From Octopus vulgaris (taxonomy: Eukaryota): a DNA stretch of 64,000 nucleotides. A program made the position numbers and the translations under genes. Where the stretch lies: NCBI GenBank assembly GCA_951406725.2, contig OX597824.1, positions 22,444,001 through 22,508,000 of the forward strand, in the 5' to 3' direction. Under the pieces are notes generated by a model. It ran no database searches. It saw only the letters and a list, made by a program, of their open reading frames with translations, and was not told the DNA's origin. Shown piece after piece: positions 24,256 through 37,117 of the stretch. How positions within the stretch are numbered: position 1 is the first letter of the stretch; each line of letters begins with the position of its first letter.

Positions 24256-24724
24256 ATTTATATATATATATATATATATGTAAAATATATATATATATGT
24301 TTGTATATGTTTAATTTTGGAGAAACTTTATTTTTTCAATAATAATGTATATGTATGTATGTTTCTATGTATTAAAGAAAGCAAAAAATTTTTTAAATGA
24401 TTAAAGCAAAAACCTAAATGGATGTGTATGTGTAAAATAATTCAGTATTCAGTATTGTGGCTACAATGGTTAAAAGTTAAAAGTTCATTTATTTTTTATT
24501 GTGGTTTGGTTAAGGTTTTTGTATTTATGCATATGATTGTATGTGTATGTATTTTTATTTTGTGGGGAATTGTATACATACTCACACGCATGCACATGTA
24601 TGTGTGAGTGTGTGTGTAGTGGGAGAGAGAAAGACGGAGGAGGTGAGATAAAAATTTCTTGTCTCTTGTTCAAAAGAGAAAATCTCTCTGCCATGGCACC
24701 CATTCAGGTTTTGGACAGGTACAA

Positions 24725-24755
<31 letters not shown>

Positions 24756-25559
24756 AACACACACGCACACAAGCGCACATTGAGCTATAGTAGGAGACAT
24801 TTGGTGTCACACACTGGTGCTAATTCCTGAAACACATAGCTAAGAAACAAAGTTCTTGTCACACAGACAGGACTGTGTCTTACAACAAAGCTTATAGAGA
24901 AAAATAATCGGTAAAAATATAACCAGCTTCTGGAAAATTCTAATTAATAATTATCATTAATTTGCATTTCATACATATCTCTTTTATCATAACAACGTGC
25001 AACAAATAAAAATTTCTTTGGTATCTTGATAACTTTCTTTCCAATTTTTGCCAGAATATTTAAAAAATTTAGAAGTAGTTTAAATTTATAGTTTATTGTC
25101 AGACTCATTTTCGGTGAGAAATAATGTTTTTTCCTCATTTTCTTTTCTTCTTGTGCTATCAATTAATTTCATCTCCTAATATACCGCAAATACTTATTTC
25201 CACCGAAATTGGAGGTGGGTGGGCCCTTGGAATTCCCCTCACCTCGGAGTTATTTTTTTTCCTGTTTTTTTTTGTGTGTGCTGTCAACTAATCTTTGGCT
25301 CTAGTATACTGCAAAGGACTTTTTCCCCCTTTCCGCTGTATTGGAAGATCAGAATAGTGGCTGTTTTTTTTAATGCCTAATAACTACTATTTCTAGCATA
25401 CTAAACAACCATGTTGAGAACCAGCTACCTTTGAGTTTATTTAAAAGAGAGTGAAAAATATTTTACACAACAAATTCCAATATAATCGCAATCTACACCA
25501 TCTGAAACGTATATGTAGAAAATTTTATCAACAAATTATTTATGTTTCAGAAAGTTACC

Positions 25560-25696
<137 letters not shown>

Positions 25697-26352
25697 ATAT
25701 ATAATATGTGTATGTATATATATGCATATCATCATCATCATTTAACATCCATTTTCCATGCTGGCATGGGTTGGACACTTAGACAGGAGTCAACAAGCCA
25801 GGGTCTACATCTGGCACTCATCTGCTTTGGCATGGTTTGGTATAACAGACAATTTTATATCTTTATGATTGGTGTCAATTGACTGGGAACCTGAGACCCA
25901 CCAAAATTGTTCCCAATTGGGCCCCACACTTCCTAAGGCTGGCCCTGACTCCACTGTTGTCTACTTTCTGCCCTCTCCTCAGTTCAATTATTGCACATTC
26001 CGTTATATCAAATACCATTTAAATGTCTTGAGAGAAAATTAGTATGGACTGAATAAGGAAATTTGACCCCTGCTAGCTCTGTAAAACTTCAAATTATACA
26101 TAAACATCAGATGATTGATTGGTCTCATGTTTTTTCTGCAGTTTGTAATCCATGGATGAGGAATCATAGGTGTAGGAGTGGCTGTGTGGTAAGTAGCTTG
26201 CTTACCAACTACATGATTCCGAGTTCAGTCCCACTGTGTGGAACCTTGGGCAAGTGCCTTCTACTATAGCCTCGGGCTGACCAAAGCCTTGTGAGTGGAT
26301 TTGGTCGATGGAAACTGAAAGAAGCCCGTCATATATATGTATATATATAAAT

Positions 26353-26426
<74 letters not shown>

Positions 26427-26429
<3 letters not shown>

Positions 26430-28853
26430 AGGCTAAAGAACCCTTCGCATGGTCAGAAATTTAGGGACATACTCATCAAGAAATTTGATGAGAGGGAAGA
26501 GGAGCTTCAGACGTCAGACATAGAAGGTAGCTGGGAATTCCTACGGGACAGCTTGTTGAGTGCCACAGACCAAGTTTGTGGATGGTGCAAAGTCCCTTCC
26601 AGACCTAGAATTACGTGGTGGTGGAATAGTGCAGTAGATAAAGCCATCTGTGAAAAGAGACGGGCCTGGAAAGCCTGGAAGGATGGGGGCAGCAGGGAAC
26701 TGTACCAGATAGCCAAAAGGGAGGCTGGGCGGCAGGTATACATTGCCAAAGATGTAGCAGAAAAGAAGAAGTTTGCCAATGTCCAGCGTCGCGAGGATCA
26801 AAGAGCTGAAGTATTTCGGATTGCCAGACAGTGTGTCAGAGAAAATAGCGATGTTATAGGAGAGAAATGTGTCCGCATGGATGATGGGGCACTTGCTTTT
26901 ACTACTAGTGAAAAGAAAGAGGCTTGGAGAAGCCATTATGAAAGACTGCTAAATGAGGAGAATGAATGGGAGGAGGAGAGCCTGCCAAATGTTGACCCAG
27001 TAGAGGGACCAGCTACCCGAATAGACAGCTCCCTTGTAGATAAGGCAATTAAGGATATGAAACCAGGCAAAGCCCCTGGCCTATCAGGAATCACTGCTGA
27101 GATGCTTAAAACAGCTGGCTATGTGGGCCATGCCATAGTCACCCGCATTGTAAACCAGGTAGTTCACAATGGAGCCATACCCAATGACTGGTGCAGCAGT
27201 ACCATAGTCAACTGCTACAAGGGTAAGGGTGATGCTCTAGATAGAAATAACTACAGAGGTATCAAACTGTTGGACCAGGTGATGAAGGTCTCAGAGAAGG
27301 TCATAACCAATCTCATTAGGGAGAGAATTTGTTTAGATGAAATGCAGTTCGGTTTTGTACCAGGTAGAAGCACCACTGATGCTATATTCCTGGTCCGACA
27401 ACTGCAGGAGAAGTACCTAGCTAAAGATAAACCCCTCTACATAGCTTTTGTAGACTTGGAGAAAGCCTTTGACAGGGTTCCCCGTTCCCTTATCTGGTGG
27501 TCGATGCGGAAACTGGAGATTGAAGAATGGCTAATAAGGGCTGTACAGGCTCTATACAGAGAGGCTGTTAGCAAGGTTAGGATTGGCAACGAATATAGTG
27601 AAGAATTCCGAGTAGAAGTAGGTGTGCACCAGGGCTCAGCCCTCAGTCCCCTTTTGTTCATCATAGTCCTTCAAGCAATAACAGAGGAATTCAAAACGGG
27701 ATGCCCCTGGGAGCTCCTCTATGCCGATGACCTAGCTCTCATAGCAGAATCACTACCGGAACTAGAAGAGAAATTTCGGGTATGGAAGCAAGGGTTGGAA
27801 TCAAAGGGCCTTAGAATAAATGTAGCAAAGACCAAAGTATTAGTAAGCAGCAAGAGGTACTCAACACACATCCCCTCGGGTAGGTGGCCCTGCTCAACCT
27901 GTAGGAAAGGTACAGGTAGAAACTCCATAAGATGCACCCAATGTAAGTTATGGACACATAAGAGGTGCAGCAACATTAAAGGGAAATTAACAGATAAGAT
28001 AGCTTACATGTGCGGCAGATGCACAGGGACAATAGACACAACAGACACTCAGAAAACAGATTCCATCACACTCCAGGGAGAGAAACTAGAAGTAGTTGAT
28101 AGTTTCCGCTACCTGGGAGACCAAGTTAGTAGCGGAGGTGGATGCACAGAGAGTATCACCACTAGAATACGAATAGCCTGGGCAAAGTTCAGAAAGCTCC
28201 TACCCCTACTGGCAACAAAAGGCCTCTCCCTCAGAGCAAAAGGTAGATTATATGATGCATGTGTGCGAACTGCCATGCTTCACGGTAATGAAACATGGGC
28301 TGTGACTGCAGAAGACATGCGTAGACTTGAAAGAAATGAAGCTAGCATGATCCGCTGGATGTGTAGTGTCAGTGTGCACGCAAAACAGAGTGTAAGTATC
28401 CTGAGAGAAATGCTGGATATAAGAAGCATCAGATGTGGTGTGCAAGAGCGACGCTTGCGATGGTATGGTCATGTGCTGCGGATGGATGAAGAGAGATGTG
28501 TGAAGAAGTGCCACTCCCAAACAGTTGAAGGTATCAGGGGGAGAGGTAGACCCAGGAAGACATGGGATGAGGTGGTCAAGCATGACCTCAGAGCATTGGG
28601 CCTCACTGAGGCAATGGCGAAGGACCGAGATCTCTGGAGATATGCTGTGACTACAAAGACCCGGGCTGCTTTCTGCAGCAATTCCACATACCCCCTACCC
28701 ATTCTAAGTACCCCCCTACCCATTCTAAGTACCCCCCTACCCATTCTAAGTACCCCGGATCCCCAAAGTACCCCGGATCCCCAAAGTACCCTGGATCCCC
28801 AAAATACCCCGATCCCCAAAGTACCCCGGACCTCGTTGCCCCCGTGCCGCTGA
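26427..28853 (+). CDS. RTE reverse transcriptase (N-truncated, uninterrupted ~808 aa) with internal PHD finger
   Basis: GKAPG, NYRGIKLL, QFGF, FVDLEKAFD, GVHQGSALSP, LLYADD, FRYLG motifs; C4HC3 finger at 27891-28022; the ORF-track Met start lies in (TA)n and is spurious. Confidence 0.9.
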
Positions 28854-29078
28854 CACGTTAAAATGCTCGAATCCGATCGTGACGATGCCGGACCCTCCGG
28901 CCCCTGTGCAGGTGGCACGTAAAAAGCACCCAATCCACTCACGGAGTGGTTGGCGTTAGGAAGGGCATCCAGCCGTAGAAACTCTGCCAGATTCAGACTG
29001 GAGCCTGGAGCGGCCCCTGGCTTCCCAGACCCGGTCAAACCGTCCAACCCGTGCTAGCGCGGAAAGCGGACGTTAAAC

Positions 29079-29111
<33 letters not shown>
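26427..29111 (+). mobile_element. 5'-truncated RTE-clade LINE
   Basis: RT ORF, then 3'UTR (GGCGTTAGGAAGGGCATCCAGCCGTAGAA) and (GAT)n tail; no APE domain present. Confidence 0.95.
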
Positions 29112-29159
<48 letters not shown>

Positions 29160-29461
29160 ATATGTGTATATATATATATATATGTGTGTGTGTGTATGTA
29201 TATGTGTATATATATATATATGTATATGTATATGTATGTATATATGTGTGTATATGTTTGTGTGCCTGTGTTTGTCCCCCCAACATCACTTGACAACCAA
29301 TGCTGGTGTGTTTACATACCCATAACATAGCAGTTTGGCAAAAGAGACTGATGGAATAAGTACTAGGCTTGCAAAGAATAAGTCCTGGGGTCAATTTGCT
29401 CGACTAAAGGTGGTGCTCCAGCATGGCCACAGTCAAATGACTGAAACAAGTAAAAGAGTAA

Positions 29462-29777
29462 CTCCCAGCTTTCTCAGAACCATGGAGAGAGATAACATAC
29501 AAGCAATTATCAGTAAGGGTGACATCAAATCTCTTTGAAAGATTCCTCTCTTAATGTCGACTTGTCTAACCTCTCTTCCAGCTGCAAGTAAAACTGTCTT
29601 CTAGTTACTCACACTATTTTTGAACAAATAAATCAAATTTTTTGCTGCTCTGACCATCTCTAGGTATTTCAGAATCCATGAATGAGGAACCATATTACTT
29701 GCCTTCTTATAATCAATCCAAGCCACTGATAGCTTTGTTGACCTTCTTCAGCAGTTCTTAAGAATTGCCTTATCAAT
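29462..29777 (-). pseudogene. R4/Dong-like RT fragment
   Basis: IDKAILKNC..LSVAWIDYKKA..VPHSWI..IKRGIFQRDLMSPLL. Confidence 0.75.
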
Positions 29778-29819
29778 CATCATCATCATCACCATCACCA
29801 CCACCACCAGCACCACCAC

Positions 29820-29905
<86 letters not shown>

Positions 29906-29958
29906 CCACCATCATCGTCATCATCTTCATCACCACCACCACCATGATCATCATCGTC

Positions 29959-30003
<45 letters not shown>
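29777..30003. repeat. (CAT)n followed by (AAT)n microsatellites
   Basis: Direct reading. Confidence 0.95.
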
Positions 30004-30004
<1 letters not shown>

Positions 30005-30029
30005 TTTTAAATCGTTCAGAGGCCTATAA

Positions 30030-30835
30030 TTGTGGAATTTAAGGAAAATCCTTTCTTGGAAGAGACAAGTGCTGCCATTAAAAAACTTTTGAATGGTAAA
30101 GTTCCTGAAGAAGACAGTGTTCCCATAGAAGTGTATGAACATGATGGTAGACAACTTTTTTACAAGCTGTGAAAATCGATCTGGGAAGCTGAATCTATTC
30201 CCCAACAGCTTAAAGATGCATCTATAATGCATTTGTACAAAAACAAGGGGAAGAAGAATGTTTGTGATAATCACAGGGGGATTAGCTTGTTGTGCATTGC
30301 TGGAAAAATTCTTGTGCGAGTGATTCTTAGACACATCAATAAGTATGTAGTGAACAGCATGTATCCTGAATCCCATTGTGGATTAGGGGCTGTGAGAGGC
30401 ACAGTTGACGTGATTTTTGCCCTTCAGTAAGTTCTAGAAAAAGCATGTGAGAAAAATATTGACCTGTATGTTGTATTTGTCAACTTGACCAAGGCCTTTG
30501 ATACAGTGAATCATGAGGCACTGCAGAGAATTTGATCAAAATTTGGTCTTCCTGATAGAATGACAAGGGTAATAGTATCTATGCATGAAGGAATTAGGGC
30601 AACAGTTATATTTAACTGTCAATGTTCAGAGGTTTTTTCTGTTGCCACTGGAACCAAACAGGGTTGCATTTTAGCTCCTGTACCTTCTTTTTAATGATGT
30701 TCCAACATGCTTTTAGGGATTACCATGAAGGTATAAAATTTCAGTTTTGCACCAAAATGGACAAAGCTTCAGATCAAAGAAAAAGACCAAGAAAGAGATT
30801 CTATTTGATTCTCTGCTTTCTGATGATTGCACTTT
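30030..30835 (+). pseudogene. Degenerate RTE-BovB-like RT fragment
   Basis: LKDASIMHLYKNKG..CDNHRGISLLCIAGKIL..PESHCG..RGTVDVIFA..LTKAFDTV..GTKQGCILAP, with stops and frameshifts. Confidence 0.85.
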
Positions 30836-31230
30836 GATTTCTCATACATTCTTCTTCCTGAACAATCCTGGAATCAAATGAACATGCTGGATCAATCAGA
30901 AAGCAAATTCGCTTTTCCTTGTCCATTATTGTTATATCTGGCTTGTTATGCTGTGTCTTCTTGCCTGTTTGAACAGGAAAAGTCCCATAAGATCTTGTAT
31001 TTTTCTGACTCAGGCATTCTTGATTGTACTATGTGCTTCCCACTTCAAAACCCCTATTTCTAACAAAGCTTCCAGGGCAAAACTTTTACAGCTTGGTCAA
31101 ACTTCCATTTCTTATATTCTCCCTGGGCCAACTTAGAGCATTTTGTAACAATGTGTGCCATTGTTGCATCCCAAATTCCACATAATCTACATTTTGCTGA
31201 CACCTTCTCCCCTTAGGCTTATTTCCTTTA
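30836..31230 (-). pseudogene. R4/Dong-like C-terminal fragment
   Basis: THIVTKCSKLAQGEYK..WKLC..ESEKYKILWDF. Confidence 0.6.
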
Positions 31231-31356
31231 AGTTTTTTTTTTTTTTTTTTTTTGCAGAGCTTTATCTTGAGCTTCTATAACAAGGCTGTCATCATTATTG
31301 GTGGTCATGGCAGCAGAGGTAGTGGAGGCATTATTTTTATTATTATTATAATTATT

Positions 31357-31585
31357 AAGGTGGTGAGCTGGCAGAATGGTTAGCATGCAAGATGAAATGC
31401 TTGGCAGAATTTTGTCCAGCGTTACGTTCTGAGTTCAAATTCTGCCAAGGTCAACTTTGCCTTTCAACCTTTTGGCGCTGATAAAATAATTACCGTTTGA
31501 GTACATGGATCAATGTAATCAACCTACCCCCTGCCCCCCCCCCCCATAAAAAAATTGCTAGCCTTGTGCCAAAATTTGAAAACCA
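31357..31585 (+). mobile_element. SINE family B (alternative tail), diverged
   Basis: Head and central domain, then CCTTGTGCCAAAATTTGAA tail. Confidence 0.8.
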
Positions 31586-32513
31586 TCATCACCATCATTA
31601 TTATGTCATTTTCTGAAAAGCCAGAAAGAAAAATGGCACAATCCGGCTCAAGCTTCAGTCATGTGACCACATAGTATCAACTCTATGCATGCACAGAAGA
31701 TAATTTGACAATAATAAAGATATTTTATAGTGAAAGTGTAGATAATTTTTCACTTGCCCTCATACATACGGTGGGCTTCTTTCAGTTTCTGTCTACTAAA
31801 TCCACTCACTAGGTTTTGGTCAGCCCGAGGCTATAGAAGAAACATTTGCTGAAGGTGCCATGCATGGGATTGAACCCGGATCCAATATGGTTGGGAGGGA
31901 AGTAAACTTTTTTTCAGACAATCATGTTTATTGCTTTTCTAATTGGTCATATTTATTGCTTTTCTAAGTATTCATGTTTCAGTCATGGGACTACACAGCA
32001 CTGGGACATGTAACATGAACCCAACAGACCACCTTTGGGAAATCTACTAATATAGATGCCATTCTCTTGATAATTCTGAACTCTCTGCTATTCTATGATT
32101 CCTTTATGGGAAGGATCTGTGGAAGTGTTGATCTAGCTTTGCAGAAGCTGCTTTGTACAGTCGTAAGAGAGAATCAATTAGAGGGAAAATTCTATAGAAG
32201 TGTTACAGAACTGTAGACTTTTGAGGTTGGAGATATAAATATAATTAATTGTCCTATAGTTTCTGGGACAGATAAGGAGTAGCTTGGTTTTATTTTTTTG
32301 GAAGTGGAATAAATAACAGACATAAATAATGGCTGGGTATTTCTGTTCAAATACATGTGCATGCACCCATGCACACACACATAGGTATACATGTACATGT
32401 TGCCTGTCTGTCTGTCTGTCTGGTTATCTATGTATACATATGTGCATATATATATACACACACACTCACATAAATATGTATATATACATATGTATATATG
32501 TATGTATATATGA

Positions 32514-32564
<51 letters not shown>

Positions 32565-32830
32565 TCATCATCATCATTGTAATCAGTTAACATCTGCTTT
32601 CCATGCTGGCATGGGTTAGACGGTTTGACTGAGAGCCAGCAAGCCAGAAGGCTGCACCAGACTCCAATCTGATCTCACAGAGTTTCTACAGTGGATGCCC
32701 TACCTAACGCCAACCACTCTGAGAGCTTAATGGGTCCTTTTTACATGCCACTGGCATGAGAGCCAGTCAGGCAGTACTGCCATTGACCACACTTGAATGG
32801 TGCGTATGTGCTACCGGCATGAGAACACTC
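32565..32830 (-). mobile_element. RTE 3'UTR fragment
   Basis: Antisense match to 28900-29090. Confidence 0.7.
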
Positions 32831-32997
32831 AGGCAGTACTTGCATTTCTTTTTCTTCCACACAGAATTATTTTTCTCTTCAAAATGTCACAGGCAGTACC
32901 GGTCTGCATTGTTTTCTGGTAATGCTACTAACAAATAGCAACCTGGCTAAAACCCTTCACACAGACTTATTACTATTATTATCATTATTATTATTAT

Positions 32998-33165
32998 TAG
33001 GCGTAGGAGTGGCTGTGTGGTAAGTAGCTTGCTTACAAACCACATGGTTCTGGGTTCAGTCCCACTGCGTGGCACCTTGGGCAAGTGTCTTTTACTATAG
33101 CCTCGGGTCAACCAAAGCCTTGTGAGTGGATTTGGTAGATGTAAACTGAAAGAAGCCCGTCGTAA

Positions 33166-33220
<55 letters not shown>

Positions 33221-33441
33221 ATATGTTTGTGTCTTTGTTTGCCCCCCCCCCACATCACTTGACAACCGATGGTGGTGTGTTTACGTCCCTGTAACTTAGC
33301 GGTTCGGCAAAAGAGACCGATAGAACAAGTACTAGGCTTACAAAGAATAAGTCCTGGGGTGGATTTGCTCGACTAAAGGTGGTGCTCCAGCATGGCCGCT
33401 GTCAAATGACTGAAACAAGTAAACGAGTAAAAGTGAGAAAG

Positions 33442-33445
<4 letters not shown>
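32998..33445 (+). mobile_element. SINE family A, full
   Basis: Matches the family consensus. Confidence 0.9.
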
Positions 33446-33495
<50 letters not shown>

Positions 33496-34822
33496 TTTCC
33501 GTCCACACAGAATTATTTTTCTCTCCAGAATGTTGTAGGTAGTACCAGTCTACATTGTTTACTGCTAGTGTACTAACACATAGTGACCTGACAAAAATCC
33601 TCCAAACAGATTTATACTATTTTTCACTGTGTGTAGCTCAGTTCTGTGTTAGTTCAAATCCTACTGTGGGATTTTTACTATTTTTCACTGTGTGTTGTTC
33701 AAATCCGTCTTCGAATTTTTCACAGTGTGTAGTTGTTGCATTTTCTTACACTGTCTGTCTGTGTTGTGTCTTATCTGCCACTGCATGTAGTTTGACTTCT
33801 CGTCGCCAGTTTTATGTCTCACATTATGACAACAACGTAGCGTTGTTGTCTGAATGACTGGCCTGTACGGTGTACCTTACCAACAGATCCTGCTTGCTGT
33901 GTCTACTATTTATCAGTAGTGGAACAGCCCACTTCTCACTTGGGGGTGGGGTCTACCACAAGAGTTATAGAGGCCACATTTGTTTGTTTGAGGTTTTGTT
34001 GCATGCATTTGTGTGCATGCCTGCATGCATGTGTACTTGTGCATGTATGTATATTGTTTTATTGTTTTTACCGTTTTGTTTTGTTCTTAATGTCTTGTTC
34101 TTGTTACCACTTTTACCCCTCCGCAAAAAATCCCAAATTTTATTTAATTTGCTTTGTGGGAAGGACTGTTTCAATGAAGTCGCATCTTGCCCTTACCTTC
34201 GAAACACAGAGTAGACAAAACAGGGACAACTGAAGAAGGGGAATATTCTTTATGTTGTATGTCTTATATTCTGTCATTTTCATTGTTTGAAAAAAAAAGT
34301 TTGTTTCTATGGTTTTGTTTTTATGTTTCCGTTTCTCATTGTGTTCAACGTTTTTTTTTATGTTCTGTACCCATATATTCATGTATACATACATATAGAT
34401 GTAGGTATGTACGTATATGTATGTATATATGCATATATTTATATATTTTTTATATTATTATATGATCAAACACCACGCATCCTTTTCCAAGTAAGTTTTA
34501 TGTATGTATGTATATATGCATATATTTATATATTATTTATGTTATTATATGATCGAACGCCTTTTCCAAGTAAGTTTTATGTATGTATATATGTATGCAT
34601 GTATGTATGTACGTATGTATGTCACTGAGAAGGTTACAAGAAGCAACAAAAGAGCTTTGACAAACAAACGCAAAGCAATTAGAAAAAGAAATAAATGAGT
34701 GGAATTGAACCAGTGTGTGTATTAATTATATTGGCATAATGCCCCCCCCCCCCTAGACTCCACAAAATTTGTTTCAATATGAATTTACATAAATTGTCTT
34801 GCAAACCAGATACAAATACAAA

Positions 34823-34886
<64 letters not shown>

Positions 34887-34891
<5 letters not shown>

Positions 34892-35093
34892 ATCCAAACG
34901 TGAACAAAGAGGAAACACAACAACGCGAGGACGTGGAACAAGTATAGTGCTATTGGACGCTCAGGAAAGGAAAGAAAGAAGGAGAATTTAACATTTCGAG
35001 CGGAGCTCTTCGTCAGAAACATAGAAAAAGGAAAAGTCCAAGGAAGGGAAGACGGAGAAAGAAAATCACCAACGATACACACGTGGTCACATA
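34887..35093 (-). mobile_element. Solo Penelope-type terminal repeat related to the 36786 repeat, with hammerhead motif (34987-35020)
   Basis: (TA)n|GTTAATCCAAAC terminus; minus strand TTT-CTGACGA-AGAGC-TCC-GCTC-GAAATGTT-AAA. Confidence 0.75.
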
Positions 35094-35096
35094 TTG

Positions 35097-35129
<33 letters not shown>

Positions 35130-35360
35130 TAAATTAAATTAGAGATAAAACCACTATTAGGCAAATCAATTTTGTAAATTATTTGTAAATTTTGTAAATT
35201 ATATTAATTATTTTTATTTTTATATTTTGGTTTATGTTTTTCACTGTTTGATTTGCCTAATAGTGGTTTTATCTCTAATTTAATTTATATTTATACTGTG
35301 AAATTAGATTTAATCCTAAATCTAATTTTTCCCTGTAAATTTGGATTTACTCCCTAATAT

Positions 35361-35407
<47 letters not shown>

Positions 35408-35642
35408 TACACACACACAAAGTATGGGGGTTTAGTTCACAGGTGATCTAAACAATTAGGTATGCGCTAGGTAAGGGCTGTAACAGATTACCAGGGCTCC
35501 AAGATTATAGCCGAGATGGTAGTTATGGAGCCATTGTAGATTTCCGATATAGCGGATATATAATTGTTAAACCGGAAAACAAACATTAAAGCAAGACAAA
35601 CCTCTCAAGTCATATGCATTATTATTATTGGAAAAATTCAAA

Positions 35643-35698
35643 GTCTTACAGCTGTTTCTTGGATATCCCAGAGAATGGGACATTCCATCATCAGAGAC
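35643..35698 (-). ncRNA. Intact type I hammerhead ribozyme motif
   Basis: Minus strand GTCT-CTGATGA-TGGAATGTCCCA-TTCTC-TGGGATATCCAA-GAAAC-AGCT-GTA-AGAC: stems I and II pair, core is canonical, stem III loop is palindromic. Confidence 0.85.
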
Positions 35699-36151
35699 AT
35701 ATAGGGAAAATAAGAAAGGTATAGATTAATGAAATAATGACACAGAAGACAGGAGAAAAGGAATAAGGAGATGAAGAAAGAGGAGAAAAAAGAAGCATTA
35801 AAATTCACAGTTCAACTTTTCGATCTTCTAGAAATAAGTCCGTAAGTCTTTAGGTGCAGTCCTGTGTAAATCTATGTAGGTTAAAGTCCTAATAGTGTAA
35901 ATATCCAGAAATAGATGTGAACGTATCAACATTCAATAACAGGATGGTAGCAGAGGTAGCTATTAAGTGGTAAAGAGAAAGAAAAATAAATAGGAGTAGC
36001 TGTGTGGTAAGTAGCTTGCTTACCAGCCACATGGTTCTGGTTTCAGTCCCACTGCATGGCAACTTGGGCAAGAGTCCTATACTATAGACTTGCCCGCCAA
36101 CCAAAGCCTTGTGAGTAGGTTTAGCAGACAGAAACTGAAAGAAGCCTGTCG

Positions 36152-36188
<37 letters not shown>

Positions 36189-36727
36189 GTATAAAAAATA
36201 TATATAAAAATACAAAATGGGACAAGAACGCAAAACACTCAAATAGACGACAAAAAAAACGGATGGGTCATTCGAAGCTTCTAATCCTCGCAATTTTGGC
36301 TCGCAATTTTGGCTGATTAATCTTGAGATCGCTCCGATCTGGCCAGCCCCAAGGAAAAACTAAGCTACGAGAATTAGATTTCTTGGAAAAAGGATCGAAT
36401 GTATACGAAACAAGGACAGAAAAACGGACGATGGCACACGAATATAAATACAAAAAACAATAATAGTAATAACAGGACAAAAACAGTGGGTGTCTTACGA
36501 CTTAAGACAGTTCAACTTAGCTTAGCTGGCGTATTTGGAAGCCTTACGGCAGACGAAGAAATCGATGTTGTGGCAGCCGAAAGGCTAGTTGACTGGCGGT
36601 CACATGAGAGGAGAAGAGAGAAAAAAAGAGAAAAAAAAAGGGGCAAAGGAATCAAAGAGAGAGAGAAAAAGAGGGACAAAGGCACCAAAGAGGGGGAGAA
36701 GAGAGAGAAAGCAGGAATATATGTATA

Positions 36728-36789
<62 letters not shown>

Positions 36790-36900
36790 ATCCAAACAAG
36801 AAAACACAGAAAAAAAGGGAAAAAAAGAAAAAAAAACACAGCAACGCAGGACGTGGAACAATTAAAGTATTATTGACGCTCAGGAAAGAAGGGAAGGAGG

Positions 36901-36935
36901 GTTTAACGTTTCGAGCGGAGCTCTTCGTCGGAAAC
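36901..36935 (-). ncRNA. Minimal hammerhead motif (CCGACGA core) in the 3' pseudo-LTR
   Basis: GTTT-CCGACGA-AGAGC-TCC-GCTC-GAAACGTT-AAAC. Confidence 0.7.
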
Positions 36936-37084
36936 AAGGAGAAGGAAAGATCCCAAGGAGGGAAGACAGAGGAGACAATATTTGAGCTGGTGGTGCTTAA
37001 GAGATCACATGTTGAAAAGAACAGAATTTGGAGGTAGTTGAAAAATGGTTTTATAATGCAAGAGAGTTCCAAAAAAAGGGAATG

Positions 37085-37117
<33 letters not shown>

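Larger units (their letters stand above)
26168..29460 (+). mobile_element. SINE family A split by an RTE LINE
   Basis: 5' half 26168-26335 and 3' half ~29250-29460, with (TA)n on both sides of the LINE. Confidence 0.85.

Noticed and set aside
34190-34245. GAAAC...GTA...CTGAAGA permuted hammerhead-like arrangement
   Set aside because: Stem I cannot be paired convincingly
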